Assembly: GCA_964016885.1 (NCBI GenBank)
Contig: OZ024752.1
Span: 23,312,001 to 23,376,000 of the forward strand
Direction: 5' to 3'
Source of the DNA: Eledone cirrhosa
Taxonomy: Eukaryota
Length of the DNA stretch: 64,000 nt
Shown here: piece after piece, positions 27,901-41,799 of the stretch
Numbering within the stretch: the first letter of the stretch is position 1
Layout of the letters: each line of letters begins with the position of its first letter
Made by a program: the position numbers and the translations under genes
Notes under the pieces: model-generated
What the model was told of the DNA's origin: nothing
The model's database searches: none
Seen by the model: only the letters and a program-made list of their open reading frames with translations

Positions 27901-30900
27901 TTCTATCTGACGTTCTAGCGACTGTCATTCTATTTGACGTTCTGACGACTGCCATTCTATCTGAGGTTCTAACCAGTCATTCTATCTGACGTTCTAGTGA
28001 CTGTCATTCCATAAAACGTTCTAGCGACTGTCATTCTATCTGCCGTTCTAGAGACTGTTATTCTATCTGAATTTCTAACGACTGTCATTCTATCTGACGT
28101 TCTAACGTCTGTCATTTGATATGATGTTCTAACGATTCTCATTCTATCTGACGTTCTAGCGACTGTTATTCCATCTGACGTTCTAACGACTGTCATTCTA
28201 TCTGCCGTTTTAGAGACTGTCATTCTATCTTACGTTCTAACAACTGTCATTCTATCTGACGTTCTAACGACTGTCATTCTCTCTGATGTTCTAACGACTG
28301 TCATTCTATCTGACGTTCTAGCGACTGTCATTCTATCTTAGTTCTAATGACTGTCATTCTATCTGACGTTCTAACGACTGTCATTCTATCTGACGTTCTA
28401 GCGATTGTCATCCTATCTGACGTTCTAACGACTGTCATTCTATCTGACGTTCTAATGACTGTCATTCTATCTGACGTTCTAACGACTGTCATTCTATCTG
28501 ACGTTCTAGCGATTGTCATCCTATCTGACGTTCTAACGACTGTCATTCTATCTGACGTTCTAATGATTGTCATTCTATCTGACATTCTAGCGACTGTCAT
28601 ACTATCTGACGTTCTAACCACTGTCATTCTATCAGACATTCTAGCGATTGTCATCCTATCTAACGTTCTAACGACTGTTATTCTATCTGACCTTCTAACG
28701 AATGTCATTCTATCTGAGGTCCTAGCGACTGTCATTCTATCTGACGTTGTAACGACTGTCATTTTATCTGACGTTCTAACGACTGTCATTCTATCTGACG
28801 TTCTAGCGACTGTCGTTCAATCTGACGTTCTAGCGACTGTCATTCTATCTGACGTTCTAACAACTGTAATTCTATCTGACGTTCTAACGACTGTAATTCT
28901 ATCTGACGTTCTAGCGACTGTCATTTTCTCTGACGTTCTAGTGACCGTCATTCTATCTGACGTTCTAACGACTGTCATTCTATCTGACGTTCAAGCGACT
29001 GTCATTCTATTTCACGGTCTAAAGACTGTCATTCTATCTGATGTTCTAGTGACTGTCATTCCATCTGACGTTCTAACGACTGTCATTCTATCTGATGTTC
29101 TAACGACTGTCATTCTATCTTACGTTCTAACAACTGTCATTCTATCTGACGTTCTAAAGACTGTCATTCTATCTTATTTTCTAACGACTGTCATTCTATC
29201 TGACGTTCTAGCGACTGTCATTCTATCTGAGTTCTAATGACTGTCATTCTATCTGACGTCCTACCGACTGTCATTCTATCTGACGTTCTAACCACTGTCA
29301 TTCTATCTGACTTTCTAGCAACTGTCATTCTATCTTAGTTCTAATGACTGTCATTCTATCTGACGTCCTAGCGACTGTCATTCTATCTGACGTTCTAACC
29401 ACTGTCATTCTATCTGACGTTCTAGCGATTGCCATCCTATCTGACTTTCTAACGACTGTTATTCTATCTGACGTTCTAACGACTGTCATTCAATCTGACG
29501 CTCTAGCGATTGTCATCCTATCTGACGTTCTAACGGCTGTCATTCTATCTTACTTTCTAACGACTGTCATTCTATCTGACGTCCTAGCGTCTGTCATTCT
29601 ATCTGACGTTCTAACCACTGTCATTCTATCTGAGTTCTAACGACTGTCATTCTATATGACGTCATAGCGACTGTCATTCTATCTGACTTTCTAACCACTG
29701 TCTTTCTATCTGTCGTTCTAGCGACTGTCATTTTCTCTGGCATTCCAGCGACTGTCATTCTATCTGACGTTGTAACGACTGTCATTCTATCTGACGTTCT
29801 AGCGACTGTCATTCAATCTGACGTTCTAACGACTGTCATTCTATCTGACGTTCTAATAACTGTCATTCTATCTAACGTTCTAACGACTGTCATTCTATTT
29901 GATGTTCTAGCAACTGTCATTCTACCTGACGTTCTAGCGACTGTCATTCTATCTGAAGTTCTAACGACTGTCATTTTATCTGATGTGCTAACGATGCCAT
30001 TCAATCTGACGTTCTAGCGACTGTAACTTTATCTGACGTGCTAACGACTGCCATTCTACCTGACGTTCTTACAACTGTCATTCTATCTGACGTTCTAACG
30101 ATTGTCATTCTATCTGACGTTCTAACCATTGCCATTCTATCTGACGTTCTAGCGACTGTCATTCTATCTGACATTCTAACGACTGTCATTCTATCTGACG
30201 TTCTAGCGACTGTCATTCTACCTGACGTTCTAGGGACTGTCATTCTATCTTAAGTTCTAACGACTGTCATTTTATCTGATGTGCTAACGATGCCATTCTA
30301 TCTGACGTTCTAGCGACTATATCTTTATCTGACGTGCTAACGACTGCCATTCTACCTGACGTTCTAGCGACTGTCATTCTATTTGACGTTCTGACGACTG
30401 CCATTCTATCTGAGGTTCTAACCAGTCATTCTATCTGACGTTCTAGCGGCTGTCATTCCATAAAACGTTCTAGCGACTGTCATTCTATCTGCCGTTCTAG
30501 AGACTGTTATTCTACCTGAATTTCTAACGACTGTCATTCTATCTGACGTTCTAACGTCTGTCATTTGATATGATGTTCTAACGATTCTCATTCTATCTGA
30601 CGTTCTAGCGACTGTTATTCCATCTGACGTTCTAACGACTGTCATTCTATCTGCCGTTTTAGAGACTGTCATTCTATCTTACGTTCTAACAACTGTCATT
30701 CTATCTGACGTTCTAACGACTGTCATTCTCTCTGATGTTCTAACGACTGTCATTCTATCTGACGTTCTAGCGACTGTCATTCTATCTTAGTTCTAATGAC
30801 TGTCATTCTATCTGACGTTCTAACGACTGTCATTCTATCTGACGTTCTAGCGATTGTCATCCTATCTGACGTTCTAACGACTGTCATTCTATCTGACGTT

Positions 30901-33900
30901 CTAATGACTGTCATTCTATCTGACGTTCTAACGACTGTCATTCTATCTGACGTTCTAGCGATAGTCATCCTATCTGACGTTCTAACGACTGTCATTCTAT
31001 CTGACGTTCTAATGACTGTCATTCTATCTGACATTCTAGCGACTGTCATACTATCTGACGTTCTAACCACTGTCATTCTATCTACATTCTAGCGATTGTC
31101 ATCCTATCTGACGTTCTAACGACTGTCATTCTATCTGACCTTCTAACGAATGTCATTCTATCTGAGGTCCTAGCGACTGTCATTCTATCTGACGTTCTAA
31201 CGACTGTCATTTTATCTGACGTTCTAACGACTGTCATTCTATCTGACGTTCTAGCGATTGTCATTCTATCTGACGTTCTAACCATTGTCATTCTATCTGA
31301 CGTTCTAGCGACTGTCATTCTATCTGACATTCTAACGACTGTCATTCTATCTGACGTTCTAGCGACTGTCATTCTACCTGACGTTCTAGGGACTGTCATT
31401 CTATCTTAAGTTCTAACGACTGTCATTTTATCTGATGTGCTAACGATGCCATTCTATCTGACGTTCTAGCGACTGTATCTTTATCTGACGTGCTAACGAC
31501 TGCCATTCTACCTGACGTTCTAGCGACTGTCATTCTATTTGACGTACTAACGACTGTCATTCTATCTGTCGTTCTAAACACTGTCATTCTATCTGACGTT
31601 CTAGCGACTGTCATTCTATTTGATGTTCTAACGACTGTCATTCTATCTGCCGTTCTAACGACTGTCGTTCTATCTGAAGTTCTAACGACTGTCATTTTAT
31701 CTGATGTGCTAACGATGCCATTCTATCTGACGTTCTAACGACTGTCATTCTATCTGACGTTCTAATGACTGTCATTCTATCTGACATTCTAGCAACTGTC
31801 AATCTATCTAACGTTCTAACAACTGTCATTCTATTTGATGTTCTAACGACTGTCATTCTATCTGCCGTTCTAACGACTGTCGTTCTATCTGACGTTCTAG
31901 CGACTGTCATTCTATTTGACGTTCTGACGACTGCCATTCTATCTGAGGTTCTAACCAGTCATTCTATCTGACGTTCCAGTGACTGTCATTCCATAAAACG
32001 TTCTAGCGACTGTCATTCTATCTGCCGTTCTAGAGACTGTTATTCTATCTGAATTTCTAACGACTGTCATTCTATCTGACGTTCTAACGTCTGTCATTTG
32101 ATATGATGTTCTAACGATTCTCATTCTATCTGACGTTCTAGCGACTGTTATTCCATCTGACGTTCTAACGACTGTCATTCTATCTTAGTTCTAATGACTG
32201 TCATTCTATCTGACGTTCTAACGACTGTCATTCTATCTGACGTTCTAGCGATTGTCATCCTATCTGACGTTCTAACGACTGTCATTCTATCTGACGTTCT
32301 AATGACTGTCATTCTATCTGACGTTCTAACGACTGTCATTCTATCTGACGTTCTAGCGATTGTCATCCTATCTGACGTTCTAACGACTGTCATTCTATCT
32401 GACGTTCTAATGATTGTCATTCTATCTGACATTCTAGCGACTGTCATACTATCTGACGTTCTAACCACTGTCATTCTATCAGACATTCTAGCGATTGTCA
32501 TCCTATCTGACGTTCTAACGACTGTTATTCTATCTGACCTTCTAACGAATGTCATTCTATCTGAGGTCCTAGCGACTGTCATTCTATCTGACGTTGTAAC
32601 GACTGTCATTTTATCTGACGTTCTAACGACTGTCATTATATCTGACGTTCTAGCGACTGTCGTTCAATCTGACGTTCTAGCGACTGTCATTCTATCTGAC
32701 GTTCTAACAACTGTAATTCTATCTGACGTTCTAACGACTGTAATTCTATCTGACGTTCTAGCGACTGTCATTTTCTCTGACGTTCTAGTGACTGTCATTC
32801 TATCTGACGTTCTAACGACTGTCATTCTATCTGACGTTCAAGCGACTGTCATTCTATTTCACGGTCTAAAGACTGTCATTCTATCTGATGTTCTAGTGAC
32901 TGTCATTCCATCTGACGTTCTAACGACTGTCATTCTATCTGCCGTTCTAACGACTGTCATTCTATCTGATGTTCTAACGACTGTCATTCTATCTGACGTT
33001 CTAACAACTGTCATTCTATCTGACGTTCTAACCACTGTCATTCTATCTGATGTTCTAACGACTGTCATTCTATCTTACGTTCTAACAACTGTCATTCTAT
33101 CTGACGTTCTAACGACTGTCATTCTATCTTATTTTCTAACGACTGTCATTCTATCTGACGTTCTAGCGACTGTCATTCTATCTGAGTTCTAATGACTGTC
33201 ATTCTATCTGACGTCCTACCGACTGTCATTCTATCTGACGTTCTAACCACTGTCATTCTATCTGACTTTCTAGCAACTGTCATTCTATCTTAGTTCTAAT
33301 GACTGTCATTCTATCTGACGTCCTAGCGACTGTCATTCTATCTGATGTTCTAACCACTGTCATTCTATCTGACGTTCTAGCGATTGTCATCCTATCTGAC
33401 TTTCTAACGACTGTTATTCTATCTGACGTTCTAACGACTGTCATTCTATCTGACGCTCTAGCGATTGTCATCCTATCTGACGTTCTAACGACTGTCATTC
33501 TATCTTACTTTCTAACGACTGTCATTCTATCTGACGTCCTAGCGACTGTCATTCTATCTGACGTTCTAACCACTGTCATTCTATCTGAGTTCTAACGACT
33601 GTCATTCTATATGACGTCATAGCGACTGTCATTCTATCTGACTTTCTAACCACTGTCTTTCTATCTGTCGTTCTAGCGACTGTCATTTTCTCTGACGTTC
33701 CAGCGACTGTCATTCTATCTGACGTTGTAACGACTGTCATTCTATCTGACGTTCTAGCGACTGTCATTCAATCTGACGTTCTAACGACTGTCATTCTATC
33801 TGACGTTCTAATAACTGTCATTCTATCTAACGTTCTAACGACTGTCATTCTATTTGATGTTCTAGCAACTGTCATTCTACCTGACGTTCTAGCGACTGTC

Positions 33901-36900
33901 ATTCTATCTGAAGTTCTAACGACTGTCATTTTATCTGATGTGCTAACGATGCCATTCAATCTGACGTTCTAGCGACTGTAACTTTATCTGACGTGCTAAC
34001 GACTGCCATTCTACCTGACGTTCTTACAACTGTCATTCTATCTGACGTTCTAACGATTGTCATTCTATCTGACGTTCTAACCATTGCCATTCTATCTGAC
34101 GTTCTAGCGACTGTCATTCTATCTGACATTCTAACGACTGTCATTCTATCTGACGTTCTAGCGACTGTCATTCTACCTGACGTTCTAGGGACTGTCATTC
34201 TATCTTAAGTTCTAACGACTGTCATTTTATCTGATGTGCTAACGATGCCATTCTATCTGACGTTCTAGCGACTGTATCTTTATCTGACGTGCTAACGACT
34301 GCCATTCTACCTGACGTTCTAGCGACTGTCATTCTATTTGACGTTCTGACGACTGCCATTCTATCTGAGGTTCTAACCAGTCATTCTATCTGACGTTCTA
34401 GCGACTGTCATTCCATAAAACGTTCTAGCGACTGTCATTCTATCTGCCGTTCTAGAGACTGTTATTCTACCTGAATTTCTAACGACTGTCATTCTATCTG
34501 ACGTTCTAACGTCTGTCATTTGATATGATGTTCTAACGATTCTCATTCTATCTGACGTTCTAGCGACTGTTATTCCATCTGACGTTCTAACGACTGTCAT
34601 TCTATCTGCCGTTTTAGAGACTGTCATTCCATCTTACGTTCTAACAACTGTCATTCTATCTGACGTTCTAACGACTGTCATTCTCTCTGATGTTCTAACG
34701 ACTGTCATTCTATCTGACGTTCTAGCGACTGTCATTCTATCTTAGTTCTAATGACTGTCATTCTATCTGACGTTCTAACGAATGTCATTCTATCTGACGT
34801 TCTAGCGATTGTCATCCTATCTGACGTTCTAATGACTGTCATTCTATCTGAAGTTCTAACGACTGTCATTTTATCTGATGTGCTAACGATGCCATTCAAT
34901 CTGACGTTCTAGCGACTGTAACTTTATCTGACGTGCTAACGACTGCCATTCTACCTGACGTTCTTACAACTGTCATTCTATCTGACGTTCTAACGATTGT
35001 CATTCTATCTGACGTTCTAACCATTGCCATTCTATCTGACGTTCTAGCGACTGTCATTCTATCTGACATTCTAACGACTGTCATTCTATCTGACGTTCTA
35101 GCGACTGTCATTCTACCTGACGTTCTAGGGACTGTCATTCTATCTTAAGTTCTAACGACTGTCATTTTATCTGATGTGCTAACGATGCCATTCTATCTGA
35201 CGTTCTAGCGACTGTATCTTTATCTGACGTGCTAACGACTGCCATTCTACCTGACGTTCTAGCGACTGTCATTCTATTTGACGTTCTGACGACTGCCATT
35301 CTATCTGAGGTTCTAACCAGTCATTCTATCTGACGTTCTAGCGACTCTCATTCCATAAAACGTTCTAGCGACTGTCATTCTATCTGCCGTTCTAGAGACT
35401 GTTATTCTACCTGAATTTCTAACGACTGTCATTCTATCTGACGTTCTAACGTCTGTCATTTGATATGATGTTCTAACGATTCTCATTCTATCTGACGTTC
35501 TAGCGACTGTTATTCCATCTGACGTTCTAACGACTGTCATTCTATCTGCCGTTTTAGAGACTGTCATTCCATCTTACGTTCTAACAACTGTCATTCTATC
35601 TGACGTTCTAACGACTGTCATTCTCTCTGATGTTCTAACGACTGTCATTCTATCTGACGTTCTAGCGACTGTCATTCTATCTTAGTTCTAATGACTGTCA
35701 TTCTATCTGACGTTCTAACGACTGTCATTCTATCTGACGTTCTAGCGATTGTCATCCTATCTGACGTTCTAATGACTGTCATTCTATCTGACATTCTAGC
35801 GACTGTCATACTATCTGACGTTCTAACCACTGTCATTCTATCTACATTCTAGCGATTGTCATCCTATCTGACGTTCTAACGACTGTCATTCTATCTGACC
35901 TTCTAACGAATGTCATTCTATCTGAGGTCCTAGCGACTGTCATTCTATCTGACGTTCTAACGACTGTCATTTTATCTGACGTTCTAACGACTGTCATTCT
36001 ATCTGACGTTCTAGCGACTGTCGTTCAATCTGACGTTCTAGCGACTGTCATTCTATCTGACGTTCTAACAACTGTAATTCTATCTGACGTTCTAACGACT
36101 GTAATTCTATCTGATGTTCTAGCGACTGTCATTTTCTCTGACGTTCTAGTGACTGTCATTCTATCTGACGTTGTAACGACTGTCATTCTATCTGACGTTC
36201 AAGCGACTGTCATTCTATTTCACGGTCCAAAGACTGTCATTCTATCTGATGTTCTAGTGACTGTCATTCCATCTGACGTTCTAACGACTGTCATTCTATC
36301 TGCCGTTCTAACGACTGTCATTCTATCTGATGTTCTAACGACTGTCATTCTATCTGACGTTCTAACAACTGTCATTCTATCTGACGTTCTAACCACTGTC
36401 ATTCTATCTGATGTTCTAACGACTGTCATTCTATCTTACGTTCTAACAACTGTCATTCTATCTGACATTCTAACGACTGTCATTCTATCTTATTTTCTAA
36501 CGACTGTCATTCTATCTGACGTTCTAGCGACTGTCATTCTATCTGACGTTCTAATGACTGTCATTCTATCTGACGTCCTAGCGACTGTCATTCTATCTGA
36601 CGTTCTAACCACTGTCATTCTATCTGACGTTCTAGCGATTGTCATCCTATCTGACTTTCTAGCGATTGTCATTCTATCTTACGTTCTAACGACTGTCATT
36701 CTATCTGACGTCCTAGCGACTGTCATTCTATCTGACGTTCTAACCACTGTCATTCTATCTGAGTTCTAACGACTGTCATTCTATCTGACTTTCTAACCAC
36801 TGTCTTTCTATCTGACGTTCTAGCGACTGTCATTTTCTCTGACGTTCCAGCGACTGTCATTCTATCTGACGTTGTAACGACTGTCATTCTATCTGACGTT

Positions 36901-37900
36901 CTAGCGACTGTCATTCAATCTGACGTTCTAACGACTGTCATTCTATCTGACGTTCTAGCGACTGTCATTCTACCTCACGTTCTAGGGACTGTCATTCTAT
37001 CTTAAGTTCTAACGACTGTCATTTTATCTGATGTGCTAACGATGCCATTCTATCTGACGTTCTAGCGACTGTATCTTTATCTGACGTGCTAACGACTGCC
37101 ATTCTACCTGACGTTCTAGCGACTGTCATTCTATTTGACGTTCTAACGACTGTCATTCTATCTGTCGTTCTAACCACTGTCATTCTATCTGACGTTCTAG
37201 CGACTGTCATTCTATTTGATGTTCTAACGACTGTCATTCTATCTGCCGTTCTAACGACTGTCATTTTATCTGATGTGCTAACGATGCCATTCTATCTGAC
37301 GTTCTAACGACTGTCATTCTATCTGACGTTCTAATGACTGTCATTCTATCTGACATTCTAGCAACTGTCAAACTATCTAACGTTCTAACAACTGTCATTC
37401 TATTTGATGTTCTAACGACTGTCATTCTATCTGCCGTTCTAACGACTGTCGTTCTATCTGACGTTCTAGCGACTGTCATTCTATTTGACGTTCTGACGAC
37501 TGCCATTCTATCTGAGGTTCTAACCAGTCATTCTATCTGACGTTCTAGCGACTGTCATTCCATAAAACGTTCTAGCGACTGTCATTCTATCTGCCGTTCT
37601 AGAGACTGTTATTCTATCTGAATTTCTAACGACTGTCATTCTATCTGACGTTCTAACGTCTGTCATTTGATATGATGTTCTAACGATTCTCATTCTATCT
37701 GACGTTCTAGCGACTGTTATTCCATCTGACGTTCTAACGACTGTCATTCTATCTGCCGTTTTAGAGGCTGTCATTCTATCTTACGTTCTAACAACTGTCA
37801 TTCTATCTGACGTTCTAACGACTGTCATTCTCTCTGATGTTCTAACGACTGTCATTGTATCTGACGTTCTAGCGACTGTCATTCTATCTTAGTTCTAATG
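22000..37900. repeat. Zone B: irregular higher-order repeat, base period ~2.4-2.6 kb with deleted and fused derivatives
   Basis: Marker CCATAAAACG at 23004, 25587, 28009, 30458, 31991, 34413, 35353 and 37560. ORF offsets are 2583 (22778/25361, 23342/25925, 24007/26590), 2422 (25361/27783, 25925/28347) and 3955 (29344/33299, 30001/33956, 30418/34373). Confidence 0.88.
33900..35780. repeat. 940-bp tandem duplication nested in zone B
   Basis: ORF pairs 33956/34896, 33993/34933 and 34373/35313 have offset 940. A rare variant gagactgtcattccatcttacg is present in both copies (~34617/~35557). Confidence 0.9.
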
Positions 37901-40900
37901 ACTGTCATTCTATCTGACGTTCTAACGACTGTCATTCTATTTGACGTTCTAGCGATTGTCATCCTATCTGACGTTCTAACGACTGTCATTCTATCTGATG
38001 TTCTAATGACTGTCATTCTATCTGACATTCTAGCAACTGTCATTCTATCTAACGTTCTAAAAACTGTCATTCTATCTGACATTCTAGCGACTGTCATTCT
38101 ATCTGACGTTCTAACGACTGTCATTCTATCTGACGTTCTAACAACTGTCATTCTATCTAACGTTCTAACGACAGTCATTATATCTGACGTTCTAGCGACT
38201 GTCAGTCTATCTGACGTTCTTACAACTGTCATTCTATCTTCCGTTTTAGAGACTGTCATTCTATCTTACGTTCTAACAACTGTGAGTCGATCTGACGTTC
38301 TAACGATTGTCATTCTATCTGACATTCTAGCGAGTGTCATTCCATCTGACGTTCTAACGACTGTCAATCTCTCTGACGTTCTGGCGACTGTCATTCTACC
38401 TGACGTTCTAACGACTGTCATACTATCTGACGTTCTTACCACTGTCATTCTATCTGACGTTCTAGCGACTGTCATTCTATCTGACGTTCTAACGACTGTC
38501 ATTCTATCTGACGTTCTAACAAATGTCATCCTATCTGACGTCCTAGCGACTGTCATTCTACCTGACGTTCTAGCGACTGTCATTCTATCTGACGTTCTAC
38601 CAATGTCATTCTATCTGATGTTCTAACGACTGTCATACTATCTGACGTTATAACCACTGTCATTCTATCAGGCATTCTAGCGATTGTCATCCTATCTGAC
38701 GTTCTAACGACTGTCATTCTATCTGACCTTCTAACGAATGTCATTCTATCTGAGGTCCTAGCGACTGTCATTCTATCTGACGTTCTAACAACTGTAATTC
38801 TATCTGACGTTCTAACGACTGTCATTCTATCTGACGTTCTAACGACTGTCATTCTATCTGAATTTATAACGACTGTCATTCTATCTGACGTTCTAACCAC
38901 TGTCATTCTCTCTGACGTTCTAGCGACTGTCATTCTATATGACGTTCTAGCTATTGTCATCCTATCTGACGTTCTAGCAACTGTCAGTCTATCTGACGTT
39001 CCAACGACTGTTATTCTATCTGACGTTCTAACCACTGTCATTCAATCTGACGTTCTAATGACTCATTTTATCAGACGTTATAAAGACTGTCGTTCTATCT
39101 GACGTTCTAGCGACTGTCATTCTATTTCATGTTCTAAAGACTGTCATTCTATCTGACATTCTAGCGACTGTCATTCTATCTGACGTTCTAACCACTGTAA
39201 TTCTATCTGACATTCTACCGACTGTAATTCTATCTGACGTTCTAACGACTGTCATTCTATCTGACGTTCTAACAACTGTCATTCTATCTAACGTTCTAAC
39301 GACTGTCATTATATCTGACGTTATAGCGACTGTCATTCTATCTGACATTCTAACGACTGTCATTCTATCTGACTTTCTAGCGACTGTCATTCTACCTGAC
39401 GTTCTAGCGACTGTCATTCTATCTGAAGTTCTAACGACTGTCATTTTATCTGATGTGCTAACGATGCCATTCAATCTGACGTTCTAGCGACTGTAACTTT
39501 ATCTGACGTGCTAACGACTGCCATTCTACCTGACGTTCTTACAACTGTCATTCTATCTGACGTTCTAACGATTGTCATTCTATCTGACGTTCTAACCATT
39601 GCCATTCTATCTGACGTTCTAGCGACTGTCATTCTATCTGACATTCTAACGACTGTCATTCTATCTGACGTTCTAGCGACTGTCATTCTACCTGACGTTC
39701 TAGGGACTGTCATTCTATCTTAAGTTCTAACGACTGTCATTTTATCTGATGTGCTAACGATGCCATTCTATCTGACGTTCTAGCGACTGTATCTTTATCT
39801 GACGTGCTAACAACTGCCATTCTACCTGACGTTCTAGCGACTGTCATTCTATTTGACGTTCTAACGACTGTCATTCTATCTGTCGTTCTAACCACTGTCA
39901 TTGTATCTGACGTTCTAGCGACTGTTATTCTATTTGATGTTCTAACGACTGTCATTCTATCTGCCGTTCTAACGACTGTCGTTCTATCTGAAGTTCTAAC
40001 GACTGTCATTTTATCTGACGTTCTAATGACTGTCATTCTATCTGACATTCTAGCAACTGTCAATCTATCTAACGTTCTAACCACTGTCATTCTATTTGAT
40101 GTTCTAACGACTGTCATTCTATCTGCCGTTCTAACGACTGTCGTTCTATCTGACGTTCTAGCGACTGTCATTCTATTTGACGTTCTGACGACTGCCATTC
40201 TATCTGAGGTTCTAACCAGTCATTCTATCTGACGTTCTAGCGACTGTTATTCCATAAAACGTTCTAGCGACTGTCATTCTATCTGCCGTTCTAGAGACTG
40301 TTATTCTATCTGAATTTCTAACGACTGTCATTCTATCTGACGTTCTAACGTCTGTCATTTGATATGATGTTCTAACGATTCTCATTCTATCTGACGTTCT
40401 AGCGACTGTTATTCCATCTGACGTTCTAACGACTGTCATTCTATCTGCCGTTTTAGAGACTGTCATTCTATCTTACGTTCTAACAACTGTCATTCTATCT
40501 GACGTTCTAACGACTGTCATTCTCTCTGATGTTCTAACGACTGTCATTGTATCTGACGTTCTAGCGACAGTCATTCTATCTGACGTTCTAATGACTGTCA
40601 TTCTATCTGACGTTCTAACGACTGTCATTCTATCTGACGTTCTAGCGATTGTCATCCTATCTGACGTTCTAACGACTGTCATTCTATCTGATGTTCTAAT
40701 GACTGTCATTCTATCTGACATTCTAGCAACTGTCATTCTATCTAACGTTCTAAAAACTGTCATTCTATCTGACATTCTAGCGACTGTCATTCTATCTGAC
40801 GCTCTAACGACTGTCATTCTATCTGACGTTCTAACAACTGTCATTCTATCTAACGTTCTAACGACAGTCATTATATCTGACGTTCTAGCGACTGTCAGTC

Positions 40901-41799
40901 TATCTGACGTTCTTGCAACTGTCATTCTATCTTCCGTTTTAGAGACTGTCATTCTATCTTACGTTCTAACAACTGTGAGTCGATCTGACGTTCTACCAAT
41001 GTCATTCTATCTGATGTTCTAACGACTGTCATACTATCTGACGTTATAACCACTGTCATTCTATCAGGCATTCTAGCGATTGTCATCCTATCTGACGTTC
41101 TAACGACTGTCATACTATCTGACGTTCTTACCACTGTCATTCTATCTGACGTTCTAACAAATGTCATCCTATCTGACGTCTTAGCGACTGTCATTCTACC
41201 TGACGTTCTAGCGACTGTCATTCTATCTGACGTTCTACCAATGTCATTCTATCTGATGTTCTAACGACTGTCATACTATCTGACGTTCTAACCACTGTCA
41301 TTCTATCAGACATTCTAGCGATTGTCATCCTATCTGACGTTCTAACGACTGTCATTCTATCTGACCTTCTAACGAATGTCATTCTATCTGAGGTCCTAGC
41401 GACTGTCATTCTATCTGACGTTCTAACGACTGTCATTTTATCTGACGTTCTAACGACTGTCATTCTATCTGACGTTCTAGCGACTGTCGTTCTATCTGAC
41501 GTTCTAGCGACTGTCATTCTATCTGACGTTCTAACAACTGTAATTCTATCTGACGTTCTAACGACTGTAATTCTATCTGACGTTCTAACGACTGTCATTC
41601 TATCTGAATTTATAACGACTGTCTTTCTATCTGACGTTCTAACCACTGTCATTCTCTCTGACGTTCTAGCGACTGTCATTCTATATGACGTTCTAGCTAT
41701 TGTCATCCTATCTGACGTTCTAGCAACTGTCAGTCTATCTGACGTTCCAACGACTGTTATTCTATCTGACGTCCTAGCGACTGTCATTTTATCTGACGT